NCBI GenBank assembly: GCA_002422955.1
Contig: DITY01000230.1
Coordinates: 18,745-82,744 of the forward strand
Source: Planctomycetaceae bacterium UBA6172
GTDB lineage: Bacteria > Planctomycetota > Planctomycetia > Pirellulales > Pirellulaceae
Reading direction: 5' to 3'
Length of the DNA stretch: 64,000 nt
Shown: piece after piece, positions 9,360-17,631 of the stretch
How the letters are laid out: the number at the start of each line of letters is the position of its first letter
How positions within the stretch are numbered: position 1 is the stretch's first letter
Translations under genes and position numbers: made by a program
The notes under the pieces: model-generated
Seen by the model: only the letters and a program-made list of their open reading frames with translations
The model's database searches: none
What the model was told of the DNA's origin: nothing

Positions 9360-10376
9360 ATGAATGGCCCCTTAGTCACCGAGATCACTCGACGGGCCAT
9401 GGCGACCGAGTTTGGCGTGGTGCTCCCAGGGCAGGATCGAGCGGCGATCGAGGTCGCCGTGGATGCTTTGGATGACCTGGGAAGACTCGAATCCTTGATG
9501 AGCATCTATCAACCCGCCAGTCAAATCAGTGAGGTGAATCGGTTGGCGGGGATCCGTCCCGTACGGGTCGCTACCGAGTTGATCGAGGTCTTGCTGCGGG
9601 GCCGAGCGATCTGGCGATTGACAAACGGGGCGTTTGATATCACCGCCGGACCTCTGGTGCGGTGCTGGGGGTTTACCCAGCGGAGGGGTAAAAAGCCTGC
9701 GATTGAAGAAATCGAAGTTGCCCGATCGCTCGTCGGCAGCGAGCGTCTGCAGGTTGATCCGGCGGCCCGAAGCGTGTACCTGGTCGACCGGTCGATGGAA
9801 ATCAATCTCGGCGGGATCGGAAAGGGTTATGCGCTTGACAGCATCGCCGCTAGGCTGTTCGATCGGGGCGTGGAGGATTTTCTGATCCATGGCGGACGCA
9901 GCAGCATTGTGGCGCGAGGTTCTGATCAAGCTGATCGCGACCTGGGCTGGGGGGTTGGTATCGAACACCCCCTGCGGCCGGGAGTACGCCTCGGTCAAAT
10001 CCGCCTTCGCAACCAGGCCTTGGCTACCAGCGGGTCGGGGAAGCAGTTCTTTCACGTAAAAGGGAAACGGCAGGGGCATGTGTTTGATCCGCGAACCGGT
10101 TACCCGGCGGGTGACATGCTGTCGATCAGCGTGATTACGGCTAGCGGCATGGATGCCGATGCCCTATCGACCGCATGCTTTGTCGATGGCTTGGCTGCCG
10201 CCAGGGAGCGAATCGGCACGCGCAATTTGCTCGCGGGATCGCCCCCCGAGGCGTCGCCAGACTGGCCCAGCCAAGCCATCGCGGTTGTGCCCGACGAGCG
10301 GGGGGATGAGGTCATTGTCCATTGCCTGGGGGCCTTTGGAAAACTCGATTGGACGCCTGCTGATCCGCTGGGTTGA
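9360..10376 (+). CDS. apbE: FAD:protein FMN transferase (ApbE family)
   Basis: The ApbE hallmarks are FDITAGPL, INLGGIGKGYALD, ALATSGS and HVFDPRTG. The ORF opens with TTG at 9342; the first ATG is at 9360. Confidence 0.85.
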   Translation: MNGPLVTEITRRAMATEFGVVLPGQDRAAIEVAVDALDDLGRLESLMSIYQPASQISEVNRLAGIRPVRVATELIEVLLRGRAIWRLTNGAFDITAGPLVRCWGFTQRRGKKPAIEEIEVARSLVGSERLQVDPAARSVYLVDRSMEINLGGIGKGYALDSIAARLFDRGVEDFLIHGGRSSIVARGSDQADRDLGWGVGIEHPLRPGVRLGQIRLRNQALATSGSGKQFFHVKGKRQGHVFDPRTGYPAGDMLSISVITASGMDADALSTACFVDGLAAARERIGTRNLLAGSPPEASPDWPSQAIAVVPDERGDEVIVHCLGAFGKLDWTPADPLG

Positions 10377-10504
10377 TCGTAGCCTCCGTTCTTCGTGGAC
10401 CTCGCGCCTGCCGTACACCCCCGACCACGGTTAACAGCAGCCGTGGCACCGAAAGCGGTGAGATTGCCTGCGGCGCACGGATGAACGAGGGCCGGAAGGC
10501 CCGT

Positions 10505-11497
10505 TCAGGGGCTTGCGAAGTCGTCGAGATATTGGCTGATGATCTCGGACAACGACGGCGGATGGGGCATGCCGAACGCCAGGGCACGGCGCCCGTCGAT
10601 CTCGGTTGCCCAGCCATCGACGATCGATTGGATCCTGGCATCGGGCGCGTCCACGATTTCACCGATCCGCAGGCCTCGTTGCTCGGCGATTTGCCGAAGT
10701 GCCTGTTCGGCGGCTTGGGGAGTAACGCGATGGGCAGGAAGGCCGACGGCGCGATCACATCCGAGTCGTGACTCCTCCAGTTCGAATAAACAGATCAGGG
10801 AATCGATCACGGTGCGATATCCCGTCATCGGGTGTGACTGTTCTCGACGAACCGGCAGCATGCAGGGCTGACCGGCCAAAGGCTCACGAAACATCCCACT
10901 GGCCCAACTGGATGCTGCCGCGTTGGGGCGGCCCGGCCGAATGATGACGGTTGGCAATCTTGCCGAACGACCGTCGAAGTAGCCCTTACGCGAGTAATCG
11001 TTGACCAACAATTCGCAGATCGCCTTCGTCATGCCATAGGTCGTTCTCGGCAGCAATTTGGAGTGGTCTGAGAACGGGGCTGTGATTTCGTCGCCACCGA
11101 AGCAAGCGATGCTACTGGCGAAGACGAGTCGGGTGCGAGTCGGCGTGCCTCGTGCGGCTTCGAAGAGATGTCGACCGCCGTCCAGGTTGACCCTCAGGGC
11201 ATCATCGAAGCGGAGTTCGCATTCCCCGCTGACCATCGAGGCGAGGTGAAAAATGCCAGTCGCGGCGGCAGTTCCCGAACCGACGGCGGAGCAGACGACA
11301 TCGCGATCACTCACATCACCCGTCAGTTGTACGACCCGAGGATCGTCCGCCGGATGGGCAAAACCCATATCCAACAAGCGAATCTCGGCGATCGATTCGA
11401 ACTCGCCCGCGGTTCCGATCAGCTGACCGCGACGGAGTAACTCCTTGGCGAGCATCGATCCCAGGAAGCCGCCTCCGCCGGTGATCAAGATTTTCAT
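10505..11497 (-). CDS. NAD-dependent epimerase/dehydratase family protein (D-erythronate dehydrogenase-like)
   Basis: N-terminal Rossmann motif MKILITGGGGFLGS. The roughly 330-aa extended-SDR architecture has a YGMTK (YxxxK) catalytic motif. Confidence 0.75.
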   Translation of the reverse strand: MKILITGGGGFLGSMLAKELLRRGQLIGTAGEFESIAEIRLLDMGFAHPADDPRVVQLTGDVSDRDVVCSAVGSGTAAATGIFHLASMVSGECELRFDDALRVNLDGGRHLFEAARGTPTRTRLVFASSIACFGGDEITAPFSDHSKLLPRTTYGMTKAICELLVNDYSRKGYFDGRSARLPTVIIRPGRPNAAASSWASGMFREPLAGQPCMLPVRREQSHPMTGYRTVIDSLICLFELEESRLGCDRAVGLPAHRVTPQAAEQALRQIAEQRGLRIGEIVDAPDARIQSIVDGWATEIDGRRALAFGMPHPPSLSEIISQYLDDFASP

Positions 11498-11598
11498 AAC
11501 GAGGTTCTCTGAGGGGCACGGGGGGCCGCGGAACGGTTAACATTTCGATTCTCGCACAGCGAACGATACAGCAAAAAACCCCTGGGGTGAACGACAGC

Positions 11599-12471
11599 AT
11601 GGAGCGGCGATTGAATGGGCAGCGAATCGGTTTCGTCGGCTTGGGAAACATGGGATCGCCCATGGCGAGGCACCTGCAGTCGGCCGGGGCAGAGATGATC
11701 GTCTGGAACCGCGGCGAGGAGCGACGCCGGGCAGCGGTTGCCAGTGGGATGGAGGTCGCTGGCGGTTTGCCGGAATTGGCGGCGCGGGTGGGTGCGGGTG
11801 TGATCTGTCTGAATTTGACCAATACCGAGGTCGTTCAAAACGTCATGTTCGGAGACCAAGGGCTCCACGAGCGACTCCACCCCGAAGCGATGATCATCGA
11901 TTTTGGTACCACGGGGGTGTTGGCCACACGGCGATTTGCAGAAACGACCTGCTGGCTGGATGCACCCGTTTCGGGGGGGCAGGTCGGTGCGGAGGCGGCA
12001 ACGCTCTCGATCATGGTCGGCGGTAGTGAAGCGGCATTTGCCCGAGCCCTGCCGCTGCTGGAAACAGTTGGCAAACGCGTTACGCACCTCGGTCCTGCCG
12101 GTTCGGGGCAGGTGACCAAGTTGGCGAATCAGCTGATTGTCGCGCAGACCATCGACGCGGTCGCTCAAGCCCTACGGTTGGCCGAATTGGCCGGGGTCGA
12201 TTCCGCAGCCGCGCGCCAGGCGATGCTCGGCGGGTTTGCCGACAGTCGCATCCTGGACTTGCATGGCGGAAGGATGGTACGGCGAGATTTTGTCGCCGGG
12301 GGCCGTGCCGAATTACAGCTCAAGGACGTGCGTCTGATCTGCGATTTGGCGGAGGCGGTCGGTCTTGATTCCCCGACACTTGTCAATTCCCTCGCCCGTT
12401 GGGAGGAGTTGGTCGAAGGCCAGGGATTGGGGGACCTCGACCATTCGGGCTTGTTTCGCTTGTACGAGTGA
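11599..12471 (+). CDS. NAD(P)-dependent oxidoreductase, 3-hydroxyisobutyrate dehydrogenase family
   Basis: IGFVGLGNMGSPMARHL dinucleotide-binding motif; DAPVSGG; KLANQL. The ORF opens with GTG at 11587; the ATG is at 11599. Confidence 0.8.
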   Translation: MERRLNGQRIGFVGLGNMGSPMARHLQSAGAEMIVWNRGEERRRAAVASGMEVAGGLPELAARVGAGVICLNLTNTEVVQNVMFGDQGLHERLHPEAMIIDFGTTGVLATRRFAETTCWLDAPVSGGQVGAEAATLSIMVGGSEAAFARALPLLETVGKRVTHLGPAGSGQVTKLANQLIVAQTIDAVAQALRLAELAGVDSAAARQAMLGGFADSRILDLHGGRMVRRDFVAGGRAELQLKDVRLICDLAEAVGLDSPTLVNSLARWEELVEGQGLGDLDHSGLFRLYE

Positions 12472-12496
12472 GCCGCTATCGGACCCCAGGTTGGGG

Positions 12497-13273
12497 CTAT
12501 GAATGCATCACCCAGCCGCCATCGATATTGATCGTTTGGCCAGTAATATTTCTCGCATGGGGCGAGGCGAGGTAGATCGCCATGGACGCGAATTCGGCCG
12601 GCTCCTGCCATTTGCCCAGTGGGGACAGCTTGCGAATTTTTTCGTCCGCCCAAGTCTCGTAATCGACCCGCTGCTCCGTGGGCAAACGCTCCTGTCCCCA
12701 TTGCCAGACGGAGCGGTTGAGGTCCGTTTTTACCATCCCTGGCGAGATCGCATTGGCACGGACCCCGTGGGGGGCTAAGTCCTTGGCGAGGCACTGCATG
12801 AAGTTGATCAGGCCGGCCTTGGAAGCACTGTAGGGCGGATCGGTTTGGGAGCCGATTTGTCCGGCGACTGAGGTCAGGAATAGGAGGGACCCCTCCCCGC
12901 GAGCGGCCATGCCCGGCGCGAGGACCTGAGCGACACGCGCCGCACCCACCAAATTGACTTCCAAAACCTTTGTCCAGCGTGACGGGTCGACATTCCAGAA
13001 CGGAAAGCCGAAGGCGCCCGAACCGATCCCCACGCAGTAAATCACGTGATCAATCCTAACCACGGATTGGGCAAACTTTTCGATCGCCTGGGAATCTGTC
13101 ACATCCCCCTCGTAAATCGGAAACGACGGTTCCGGTTCATGCGGCCCGCAGCGAGTACGGTCGAACCCCAGCACCTGGCACCTTTCCGCGTGAAAACCGT
13201 CGGCGATGGCGCGACCGATTCCGTGGGTGGCGCCGAACACGGCAACAGTCTGGCCAGCAAGGTCGATCTTCAT
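12497..13273 (-). CDS. SDR family oxidoreductase
   Basis: ORF 12497-13423, trimmed to the ATG at 13273 (MKIDLAGQTVAVFGATHGIGRAI, a TGxxxGIG-type motif). This removes the overlap with the histidine kinase stop at 13327. The catalytic motif is YSASKAG. Confidence 0.85.
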   Translation of the reverse strand: MKIDLAGQTVAVFGATHGIGRAIADGFHAERCQVLGFDRTRCGPHEPEPSFPIYEGDVTDSQAIEKFAQSVVRIDHVIYCVGIGSGAFGFPFWNVDPSRWTKVLEVNLVGAARVAQVLAPGMAARGEGSLLFLTSVAGQIGSQTDPPYSASKAGLINFMQCLAKDLAPHGVRANAISPGMVKTDLNRSVWQWGQERLPTEQRVDYETWADEKIRKLSPLGKWQEPAEFASMAIYLASPHARNITGQTINIDGGWVMHS

Positions 13274-13326
13274 GAGAGAAAATTGCACGAGGCGCGGTTT
13301 GCGGGAGAACGTTGCTACCGGCGTTA

Positions 13327-15177
13327 TCAATCGGTCGGAACGAGGGTTAACTCGCGAGAAAAGGCGGGGGAAGGTTCGACGGGTCGGCGTCCCACATCGA
13401 GCCTCCAAGGGATCGTAACCCAAAACGTACTGCCCGTTCCGAGTTCGCTCTCGAATCCCACTTCGCCTCCCAACAGCTTGGACAACTCCTTGACGATCGA
13501 CAGCCCCAGTCCCGTGCCGGAGTACTCTCGCGTCAACCCTTGGCCATCGAGGACCTTTTTGCTTTGGCGGAACTTTTCGAAAATAACCGAGTGGTCTTCG
13601 ACTGCGATTCCGACACCCGTATCGGCTACCGAGAGCAGAAAACAGTCGACGTTATGGCGTTTAACTCGTACGGTGATGATCCCCCCTTCGGGGGTGAATT
13701 TGATCGCGTTACTGAGCAGGTTGGTCAGGATTTGACCGAGCTTGTTCTGGTCCTGATAAACCGTTGGCATCGGAGACTCCGCCTCGACCGTGAGCACGAT
13801 GTTTTTCTCCTCCGAGAGGCTTCGGATCATGTCGGTTTGTGCGTTGACCAGTCGTACGAGATCGAATTCGACCGGATGGAGTTCCATTTTGCCCGCTTCG
13901 ACCTTTGCCAAGTCGAGAATGTCGTTGATCATTTCCAAAAGGACGTGGCCACTTTTTTGGATGTTGGCCGCATACCGTCGCTGTTTATCCGTCAAGGAAT
14001 CGATCCCCTGCAGCACTTCCGAGAAGCCGATGATGCTGTTGAGCGGTGTCCGTAACTCATGACTCATGTTGGCCAAGAAGTCACTTTTCAGGCGATTGGC
14101 CTCGTAAAGCTGCATGTTGACTTGGCCCAACTCCTCAATCCGGCTATCCAATTCCTCGTTGACATTTTCCAGTTCCTCTTGCGTTTCGGTCATGTGCCGA
14201 AGCATCCGATTGAACGCGTCGGCTAACTCGCGAAATTCGTCTTCGGTTTCAATCACCGCCCGTTGCGCCGTATCCCCGCGGGTGATCGCATCGCTAACGT
14301 CGCGCAGGTGATGCAACGGGCTGAGGACCAAGTAGCGGACGATTGCGTGCAGGATGAACAGCATGACGGCGATGATCAGCATCGCCATCGCGATCAGGAT
14401 CGCGCGGATCCAGGATGCTCGTTCATAAGTGAGGCGGTAGGGCATGCTGACACGGATAACCCGAAACGGGTGCTGCTCAGCCAGGGACGCCAGGTCGCGG
14501 GCGTCGATCTCCGAACCTCCGATGGGGGTGTGGCAGAACAAGATGCAACTGGGCCGGCCGAATACCGGCGTGTAATGGATGTAGCGCTCTTTGATCGGTC
14601 CACGCTCAGCAAATACGATCGAGGTGTCTGGACCGAATTGATCGATCGAGGCGTTTCCCTCCGTACCATGGATGAGATGCTCCTGAGAAATGCTCCCGGT
14701 ACGTTCCGAGGACAGACCTTCTTTCAAGCGTTGGCGGAACTTGACTTGAAGATCGGTCAGCAAGGCCAATTCCCAGGCCGCTTCGGGGTGTGTCCCTGGG
14801 GGTAGGTTTTTGAAGTCCCTGGAGTCGGGAAGGCTCATCACCGTGTAGACATAGTCTTCATTCAGCAAATCCTTGCCCAATTCGTCGAGAACGGCCCGGC
14901 GTTCTTCATAGAGCTCCGGCGGAAGCACCTCGCGAAACAACGCCTGGTCGTGCAACCGGAGTGTTACTTCGAATGAAAAGTCCTTCGCGATCTGGCGTGT
15001 CCGCTCCATGACCAGGCGATTGGCTAGTAACTGGACCACCCAAAAGGCGGCGCACATCAATACGACGATTACCGACCCGAAAAAAATCAGACACTTTCGC
15101 TCAAGGCTCGTCGAGGCAAATAGATTTTGGATGAACCGCAGCATGATCGCCTCGAAGGCACACGAGACCAAACGCAT
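13327..15177 (-). CDS. sensor histidine kinase (two TM segments, HAMP, HisKA, HATPase_c)
   Basis: Two hydrophobic segments flank a roughly 230-aa extracytoplasmic region. H-box SHELRTPLNSIIG; N-box LTNLLSNAIKFT; G-boxes DTGVGI and GTGLGLSIV. No response regulator is adjacent. Confidence 0.9.
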   Translation of the reverse strand: MRLVSCAFEAIMLRFIQNLFASTSLERKCLIFFGSVIVVLMCAAFWVVQLLANRLVMERTRQIAKDFSFEVTLRLHDQALFREVLPPELYEERRAVLDELGKDLLNEDYVYTVMSLPDSRDFKNLPPGTHPEAAWELALLTDLQVKFRQRLKEGLSSERTGSISQEHLIHGTEGNASIDQFGPDTSIVFAERGPIKERYIHYTPVFGRPSCILFCHTPIGGSEIDARDLASLAEQHPFRVIRVSMPYRLTYERASWIRAILIAMAMLIIAVMLFILHAIVRYLVLSPLHHLRDVSDAITRGDTAQRAVIETEDEFRELADAFNRMLRHMTETQEELENVNEELDSRIEELGQVNMQLYEANRLKSDFLANMSHELRTPLNSIIGFSEVLQGIDSLTDKQRRYAANIQKSGHVLLEMINDILDLAKVEAGKMELHPVEFDLVRLVNAQTDMIRSLSEEKNIVLTVEAESPMPTVYQDQNKLGQILTNLLSNAIKFTPEGGIITVRVKRHNVDCFLLSVADTGVGIAVEDHSVIFEKFRQSKKVLDGQGLTREYSGTGLGLSIVKELSKLLGGEVGFESELGTGSTFWVTIPWRLDVGRRPVEPSPAFSRELTLVPTD

Positions 15178-15400
15178 TCCGAGTCGCTCACCCGTTCAAT
15201 GCCGATCGACCCAGTTTAGGGGCAAAGGGGCATGTCTCGAAACGCGAATCCGCCTGGGAACGAACTAAATTCTATCGAGCGATTTTGTTGCCGGTCGGCT
15301 CGGTCGCAACTAAACTTATATCCAGGTGCTGAATCGCCAGCCTCGCCGCGCGTCGCTCTCGCCACTTCTGCCGAAGTATCCCAACCATCCAAACAGTGCC

Positions 15401-16861
15401 ATGAAACGAAATCTGATGCGGTTCTTCCGAACGTCGTTGGTCGCCAGTTTAGTCCTTTCTTTGGGAACCAGCCCCGCATCGGCATGCTGGCTGCTCAAGC
15501 GGTGGAGTTGTCGCTCCGCCCCCCACTTGCGAACCCCGGCCGTGGCCTGCGCCCCGGTTGTATGCTGTTCGACCGTTGAAACCACATCGACGGTGATCGT
15601 TTCCGATGTCGTGGTCTGCCTGCCCGTTGCGACCACTGTTGACGTTTCGGAAGTGACTTTGGACGGTGAAGAAGTCAGCCCCGTCGTGCCCCCCGCCGAG
15701 ACGACCGAGTCGCATGCGGCACCGGAAGCGACGCAGCAGCCTGTCGTCCCTGCCCCAGCCGAAACCACACCAGCCGAAACTGCCCCCCCGTCGGTTGAGC
15801 CAATAGCTCCGGTCGATGAACCGGTCACACCGGTTGAGCCGCAGGACCCGGTGCCAGTTGACCCGGTGGTGCCCGCGGAACCTGAAGTTCCCGTCGCTCC
15901 GCCGGTCGTGGATGACCTCTTCAATCAACCGGCGGTACCGGCACCTGCCGAGCCGACGCCAAACGCCAATGCGCTCGATGACTTATTCGGCGAACAGCCA
16001 GCACCCGCCGCCGTTCCTGAAACTGCGCCGACTCCGGCCGCAGAGCCCGCCCCCGTAGCTGACGATCTTTTTGGGACTCCTCCTTCGGCTCCCGCCACCG
16101 AGGCCCCCAATGCCCAGTCGCTCGATGACTTGTTCGGCGACCAGCCCGCTTTCGAACCGGCACCGCCCGCTACGCCCGCGGCGGATGACTTATTCGACAG
16201 CCCACTTTCCGCTCCGGTTGAAGAGTCGCCGAAGGCCGATCCGGCCGAGGATCTGTTCGGAACCCCGCCTGCGACCGAATCCGCTCCCGCAGGCGCCCTG
16301 GATGATCTGTTTGGAGATCAGCCTGCTGCCGAGCCAGTCCCCGTTCCCGCCGAGGCGGACCTGTCTGTAGAATCGAACGTCGGTCCCGCTGGAGAGTCGC
16401 CGGCTACCGATGCTGTCGACGACCTGTTCGGCAATCCGCCCGCGCCTGCGGAGGGAACGGACGCCGACGGATTGGAGGCGCCGGCGACGGACGGCTCCCA
16501 GTCGGAGGAAAAGCTGGATGACCTGTTCAGCGAGCCTGGTGACCAGCCGAGCGATACGCTGGATGACCTGTTCGGCGGCGTTTCGGCCGGCTCCCATGAG
16601 TCTCCGACTTCGGTCGAATTGAAGCCGCTTATCGATCCGCTCTCCGCAGCCTCGCAGCGTGTTTGGGTTGATAACACGGGGGGGTATTCGACCGAAGGTC
16701 GCCTGATCGAGATCGGTGTTGACCACGTTCGGCTGATGAAGGAAACGGGGCGAACCTGCACCGTCTCGATGAAGCGACTCTCGCCCGCTGATGCCACCTA
16801 TGTCGAATCGGTTCGACAGGAACGCCAAGATTTCCACTCGGCAATGCTGTCCGCGCGGTGA
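15401..16861 (+). CDS. secreted Pro/Ala/Glu-rich D[DE]LF-repeat protein with a C-terminal SHD1 domain
   Basis: ORF 15326-16861; the ATG at 15401 gives the signal peptide MKRNLMRFFRTSLVASLVLSLGTSPASA. A low-complexity region carries ten D[DE]LF motifs. The C-terminal RVWVDNTGGYSTEGRLIEIGVDHVRLMKETGRTCTVSMKRLSPADATYV matches the SLA1 homology domain 1 pattern that is common in planctomycetes. Confidence 0.8.
   Translation: MKRNLMRFFRTSLVASLVLSLGTSPASACWLLKRWSCRSAPHLRTPAVACAPVVCCSTVETTSTVIVSDVVVCLPVATTVDVSEVTLDGEEVSPVVPPAETTESHAAPEATQQPVVPAPAETTPAETAPPSVEPIAPVDEPVTPVEPQDPVPVDPVVPAEPEVPVAPPVVDDLFNQPAVPAPAEPTPNANALDDLFGEQPAPAAVPETAPTPAAEPAPVADDLFGTPPSAPATEAPNAQSLDDLFGDQPAFEPAPPATPAADDLFDSPLSAPVEESPKADPAEDLFGTPPATESAPAGALDDLFGDQPAAEPVPVPAEADLSVESNVGPAGESPATDAVDDLFGNPPAPAEGTDADGLEAPATDGSQSEEKLDDLFSEPGDQPSDTLDDLFGGVSAGSHESPTSVELKPLIDPLSAASQRVWVDNTGGYSTEGRLIEIGVDHVRLMKETGRTCTVSMKRLSPADATYVESVRQERQDFHSAMLSAR
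15908..16582 (+). repeat. ten irregularly spaced coding repeats of the motif x-D-[DE]-L-F-[GNDS]
   Basis: The copies are VDDLFN, LDDLFG, ADDLFG, LDDLFG, ADDLFD, AEDLFG, LDDLFG, VDDLFG, LDDLFS and LDDLFG. The gat-gac/gat-ctN-ttc cores start near 15911, 15977, 16061, 16124, 16184, 16250, 16301, 16418, 16517 and 16562. The Pro/Ala-rich spacers are about 15-35 aa long. Confidence 0.9.
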
Positions 16862-16892
16862 TCGGGACGGGACTTTGCAGTGATGGGTTGCC

Positions 16893-16934
16893 AGCGACCG
16901 CCATGCTTTGCATGAGCGGTCGCTTTCGTTTTAT
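16893..16934 (+). terminator. rho-independent terminator after the SHD1 gene
   Basis: AGCGACCGC (16893-16901) pairs perfectly with GCGGTCGCT (16916-16924). An inner CATGC/GCATG stem is also possible. TTCGTTTTAT follows. The structure lies 32 nt after the stop at 16861. Confidence 0.6.
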
Positions 16935-17058
16935 GGTTAGTCGCTTGCTGCCGGTTGGCGGGTCCGGTAAGAAGCGGTTCTTTGCATTGGCAACCGCGTG
17001 GCTTCGATGTTGAGTGATCCACCGCGTTAGACTGCCGCAATGGGACAAAGGCGACGCG

Positions 17059-17568
17059 ATGTCGATTCGATTGATGCATTACGATCCGCGGTGGCCGCAG
17101 GAGTTCGAGCAAACGAAGTCCGGTATCTTGCACTCGTGCTTGGGCGATGTCGTCGAGGTTCAGCATATCGGCAGCACGGCGATTTCCGGACTGATCGCCC
17201 AGCCGATTGTCGACGTCATGGCTGCCGTCGCGGACGACGCTACGATCGAGTCGGTTGCCGCCTTGATTGAGGGCTTGTACTTTCGCGTTGTCCCATCGCC
17301 CGCTTGGGCTGCGGATAGCCTGTGGTTGGTGAAACCGCGGCATGGCGAGATCACGCACCGCGTGATGCTGACCCGATTGGGAAGTCCGCTTTGGTGCCGC
17401 GTCCTAGCGGTTCGCGACTTTTTTCGGCAGAATCCTGAACGGGCGATCCGTTTCGAGGAAATCAAGGTTCGGTTATGGAAATCGGGCGAGGGACAGGTCG
17501 ACCAATACGCTCGTGATATGGCCCTGTTCTACTCGCATCTCGAGGAGCAATTGGGGCTTGCACTTTGA
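17059..17568 (+). CDS. GrpB family protein (nucleotidyltransferase-fold, UPF0157)
   Basis: IRLMHYDPRWPQEFEQTKSGI...VEVQHIGSTAISGLIAQPIVDVM is typical of the GrpB domain. I prefer the ATG at 17059 within ORF 17014-17568. Confidence 0.75.
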   Translation: MSIRLMHYDPRWPQEFEQTKSGILHSCLGDVVEVQHIGSTAISGLIAQPIVDVMAAVADDATIESVAALIEGLYFRVVPSPAWAADSLWLVKPRHGEITHRVMLTRLGSPLWCRVLAVRDFFRQNPERAIRFEEIKVRLWKSGEGQVDQYARDMALFYSHLEEQLGLAL

Positions 17569-17631
17569 CATCGGTATCTGCCGGATCGTCCGCATCGACT
17601 GCCCCACCTCGCCTCCTGACCGGATTCGCCC

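Noticed and set aside
13274-13423. The listed SDR ORF has a 50-codon N-terminal extension that would overlap the histidine kinase 3' end.
   Set aside because: The extension is Arg/Pro-rich. The conserved Rossmann motif begins right after the internal ATG at 13273, and choosing that start removes the overlap.
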